Assembly (NCBI RefSeq): GCF_009914755.1
Contig: NC_060930.1
From: the human T2T-CHM13v2.0 reference genome, Homo sapiens
Strand: one strand, 5' to 3'
DNA length: 64,000 nucleotides
Shown here one piece after another: positions 59,662 to 64,000 of this stretch; positions within the stretch are counted from its first letter, which is position 1; every line of letters begins with the position of its first letter. The position numbers were made by a program, and so were the translations under genes. Under the pieces are notes generated by a model. That model searched no databases, was not told the DNA's origin, and saw nothing but the letters and a program-made list of their open reading frames with translations.

Positions 59662-61839
59662 GGGCCTGGGGGTGAGTGACAGTGTCTTGTCCTCAGGCTT
59701 CAGCATTTGCCGGCCACTTGGGGCCAGAGCACCTCTTAGGAATGTGTCCCTCTCCCTTTAATTGAAGCTCTTTTTGCCCCTTCTCCTTGTCCTGCTCTTG
59801 ATCTTTGCCTCCAGGTAATTTTCTCCCAATTTAAAAACTGTTGGGTATTCTGACCTCTTGCTATATTCTTTTAACTACCTGGAGTCCCTGGTTTTGATCT
59901 TCTAAGGTCTGATCTCTCCTACTCATGTTGATTTCTATTTGATAAGGCTCTTTGTTTCCAACTGAATTGCTAGCTCCAGGTTATTTGAAATTATAGAGAC
60001 AATAAAGGAAATAAAGACATGGAGTTTGAAGAGGAGATGATATGGAAAACAAACATTAATACAGAGGCTTTGGGCAAGGAACTTTATGATTCCTTGGCTC
60101 AGATTCTCATTTTGAGACACTAAAAAGTTTTTTCTCCTTGTATAAGACATGCATGGGCCATATCACAGTGTCTGACCAGTAGTAATGGTTAATGTTAGCT
60201 ATTAATATTGTTGTTATTGATTTGTACCTTCAGATTAGCTTCAGTTTCCCCAGATTCTCCTCAGTACCCTTTATAAACTAGAGACTATTACATGTTATTG
60301 ACCAATTAGCCATCAGTTCTAGGTAACATGGGAATCATTTCCTGTAGCCAGTAAAAACATGAGCAATTAATCATTTCACATAGGATTTCTCAGAATGAGT
60401 TTTTGTGTTCATAATTGATGACACTTGCCTTTCCAACAATCTCTTCCTCTATATAATAAATTAAATTAAATTCTTTTAATACTCATGTGGCATCATTGTA
60501 ATGTTGATTTTTTATAAATATACATCATGTTTCCCTTCCTAGACTGTAAATACATAACACAGGGCTATCTCTCGCTGTTTGGTGTCTCCACAGATCATCC
60601 TGTTTTACACATGGTAGGAATTCAATTAAAATCTATTGACTGATCCTTTTAAGCAAACGAGAGGACACGTGTACCCCACACAGGGTGAAATGGGTTCTCT
60701 TTTGAAACTAAGCAGTTGTTTTATAGAGATAACACTTTGGTGGTTATGCTGTTAAACACTCAAGTTAAAATCAATGTGGTACGTCAATGTATTCATTTTT
60801 GTTTATTGGAAAGTGTAGTGCTAAGATTTTTAGATGCTTTTGATGAAGTCCCTAAATACATATATACAGATACAGAAGAGATATAGATGTAGACATAGAA
60901 ATATGTCTGAGGAACACGTGCATCAATCCACAATGCACAGGTTTCATGAAACATCTGAAAAAGGAAGCTAATATTATAACTAACCAAGAGCAACTAATGG
61001 CAAAAAATTCCACTAATAAATTGTTTTTATATTTTTAAAATGGAATTTTTTATTTCTATTTAACTTATGCTATGTCACAATAAAAATGCAAAAATAAGTT
61101 ATCAAGTTGAGTTATTCCAATGTGTATTATGGTTTTTACACATAAGAATTCAGCCTAATTAATAATCCAAAATGCCACATACAGATAAATTATGATAGTT
61201 CATGTAACAAAATTATATTTTGTTGACATATATTTTGATACTAAGAATCTTAATAAATTCAATATCATAATGTTTCTCTTATTGAATAAAAACTGCAAAA
61301 TTGAGTATTATTTGGTCATAAATCTTATATCATCTATTCTAATATGGCAAACTATATATCGCTTTGATGAACATAACAACAGTTATAAAAACTTTAGGAA
61401 TGTTTTGGATTTTTTGAAACTAATTTTTAACACACATTTTCCTCAGAGATATGGACTATAAAAATTACTGTATAAAAATTACAAAATCGCTAAAATTCTT
61501 CAATGAGTTTAACTATAAATAATGCTTAAAATAATTATAAGACTTCGTAAACAACTCTTTCACTTTGCTCTTTTAACAGTAAGATACTAGTTTAAAGATG
61601 TGATATTTATAATCAATATAAAAAGGTAGCAATCGATTTTTAAGAGAGAAGTCAGGGTATTAACTAGAACGCACAGTTTTCTTTGGCAGTTGTAGACAAA
61701 GGTCATAGGGTCCTAGTAACCATAGCTATCATTGTCATTTCCAGAATTTTAAATAATCTAAGTGATCAGACCCCAGATTATTTTAATCTAAAAGATAAAA
61801 ACAAATACTTGAAGCCATCCTCTACGCTAAATGCTAGGT

Positions 61840-62620
61840 TGACCTGAGAAGGCAGGTGTTCTAGGCAAAAGGGCCAGCACCTGCAAAGGGACAGAGTTGA
61901 GAAAGCATGATCTGTTCAAGAAGCCTAAAGTGGTTTTTTGTTTTTGTTTTTTGGCTGGAATATAAAATGGCAAAAAAGGAAGCTGGAGAGGAGTGCAACA
62001 TTAGGTAGGTCCTAAACTGTTTAAAAATAGGCATGATGGCATGATGACATTAGTGTTTTAGAACTCCACTCTAGATGCAATATGTGAGACTGATTTGAGG
62101 GAGACAACAATGGCTGCAGTGACATCAGTCTAATGATGATGGCTGTGACGATGACAATAGTGACAGCAGCTATCTGAGCAACTCATCGAGTATGACAGGG
62201 GCAGAAACCAAGTTCAGTGGCTTGAATAATGCCTAAGATGAGGAGTGCGCAACAGTGCAGACTCTTATTCAAGAATTTGGGTAGGAAAAAAAATGAGGGG
62301 TTAGAGCAGTAGGTATGAAAGATAGGACTGAGAGAAGGCTGTTCTTTAGAATGGGAAAAGTTCAGGGTTTTGGTAAAAGACAGGAGATTTTTAAGAAAAA
62401 ACAATTGAAGAAAAGATGAGAATTAACTAATGAGATGCTATCATGGGAAGTTGAGGGATTGGGTACAATCACACAAATAGAAGAGTTAACTGGGCAAGAG
62501 ACTAAGAATCTCTTGTTTAAGGGGTAAGCAGGAAGGTAATTTTAGATGCATGAGAGGGAAGCTGGCTGAGTATATACTTGATGGTTTCTATTTTTTTCTG
62601 TAAGTATGGTCTGAATATTA
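61840..62620 (-). mobile_element. L2 fragments
   Basis: agcacctgcaaaggg, tgttcaagaa, actccactct and ggagattttt purine-rich antisense L2 text. Confidence 0.5.
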
Positions 62621-63390
62621 AAGAGAGTGGTGACAATTAGTCATATGAACGAACTGAAGTTGATATTTATACTATTTTTCACAGAGAGAGGAGAAGAGAG
62701 AAGTAGGGTTTAATAATTTGTATACTACAAACACAGAGGAAATACACCCATGTCTTACTTAACAATAAGCATTTTCCCCAAATCCATTTACAGTATAGTT
62801 TATTGCTAAATGAGTGTAAATTCTTAACTATTGATTAATATTCTTACATTAGATATGTCCTCCAACATTTTTGCTTTTTGCAGTGCTTCAGAAGGACAAA
62901 GCCTCCTCCAGGCCCCATGTGCTTCTTCCATGTTAAAAATCTGCAGGAGAGTGTTTCTGCCTCCATATTTATTCATTTGTCAAGTAGTTATGGAGGGCCT
63001 CAGTACAGGCATGATGCTGAATGAGGAAGACAGTCTGTGTCCTCGTGGAACTTACTGTCTACTGGACCCTCTCTTTTCAGCAAGCCCTCTTCTCACACAA
63101 TTTCTCTACCAGCAGCAGAAAATAATGAGTATTGTTTTCAATGCAATTTCATTAAGTGAGGTTCGTGCATCATTAATTTGTGTAGTAAGACAAAGCATTG
63201 AAATTTCTCTATTTTGCACATCCTACTTTGCAGATTATTCATCTGAATAATGAGGCCACAGATCACCTAAAGAATCTTTTCATAATATTGAATCTATGAA
63301 TTGAACTGGAATTCTGCTCTAAGAAATGACAACTTTGTATCTCGTCTCAGGAAAAGACTATTATAACATCTTATAAAAATATTTCATAGC

Positions 63391-63733
<343 letters not shown>

Positions 63734-64000
63734 TCACTTTAAAATGAAATGAAAATGTCTTAGAATATTGCAAATATATTTATTTTTTCATATTATACAT
63801 ATATTTACCTTTAAAAATGTATTAATAAAACAGCAATAATATTTAACAATAAAGATAAAAGCAAAAGGAACTTAAAAACTCAATTATTTGGAATGCATGG
63901 GAGACTATGAACTATGAAATTTTTGATTCAGAAATCTCTTTGTTGAATGAGTTTTTATTGGAGATGTGGTATCAAAAACCACCTTTCTCCTTTGGAAATA

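Overview
Human genomic DNA. It is AT-rich, lacks a CpG island, and carries a human-specific AluYb8. It looks intronic or intergenic. I cannot support any intact protein-coding gene: the supplied ORFs are Alu-, LTR-, L2- or chance-derived, with one exception noted below. Much of the window is interspersed repeat: about 13 Alu/FLAM copies, a full-length THE1B-type MaLR provirus, several solo LTRs, L2/MIR/L3/L1 fragments and hAT MER elements. There is also a tailless 5S rRNA retropseudogene. Repeat subfamily names are from recall of consensus sequences, not RepeatMasker. Three things stand out. (1) An AluY at 57.2 kb carries about 30 bp of the unique 5' flank of another AluY 6 kb away, which implies local retrotransposition with 5' transduction. 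(2) A minus-strand reading frame at 59.3-59.7 kb looks like a decayed small single-pass membrane protein gene (candidate unitary pseudogene or microprotein). (3) There are several short-range templated duplications, one of which preserves the empty site of the AluYb8.
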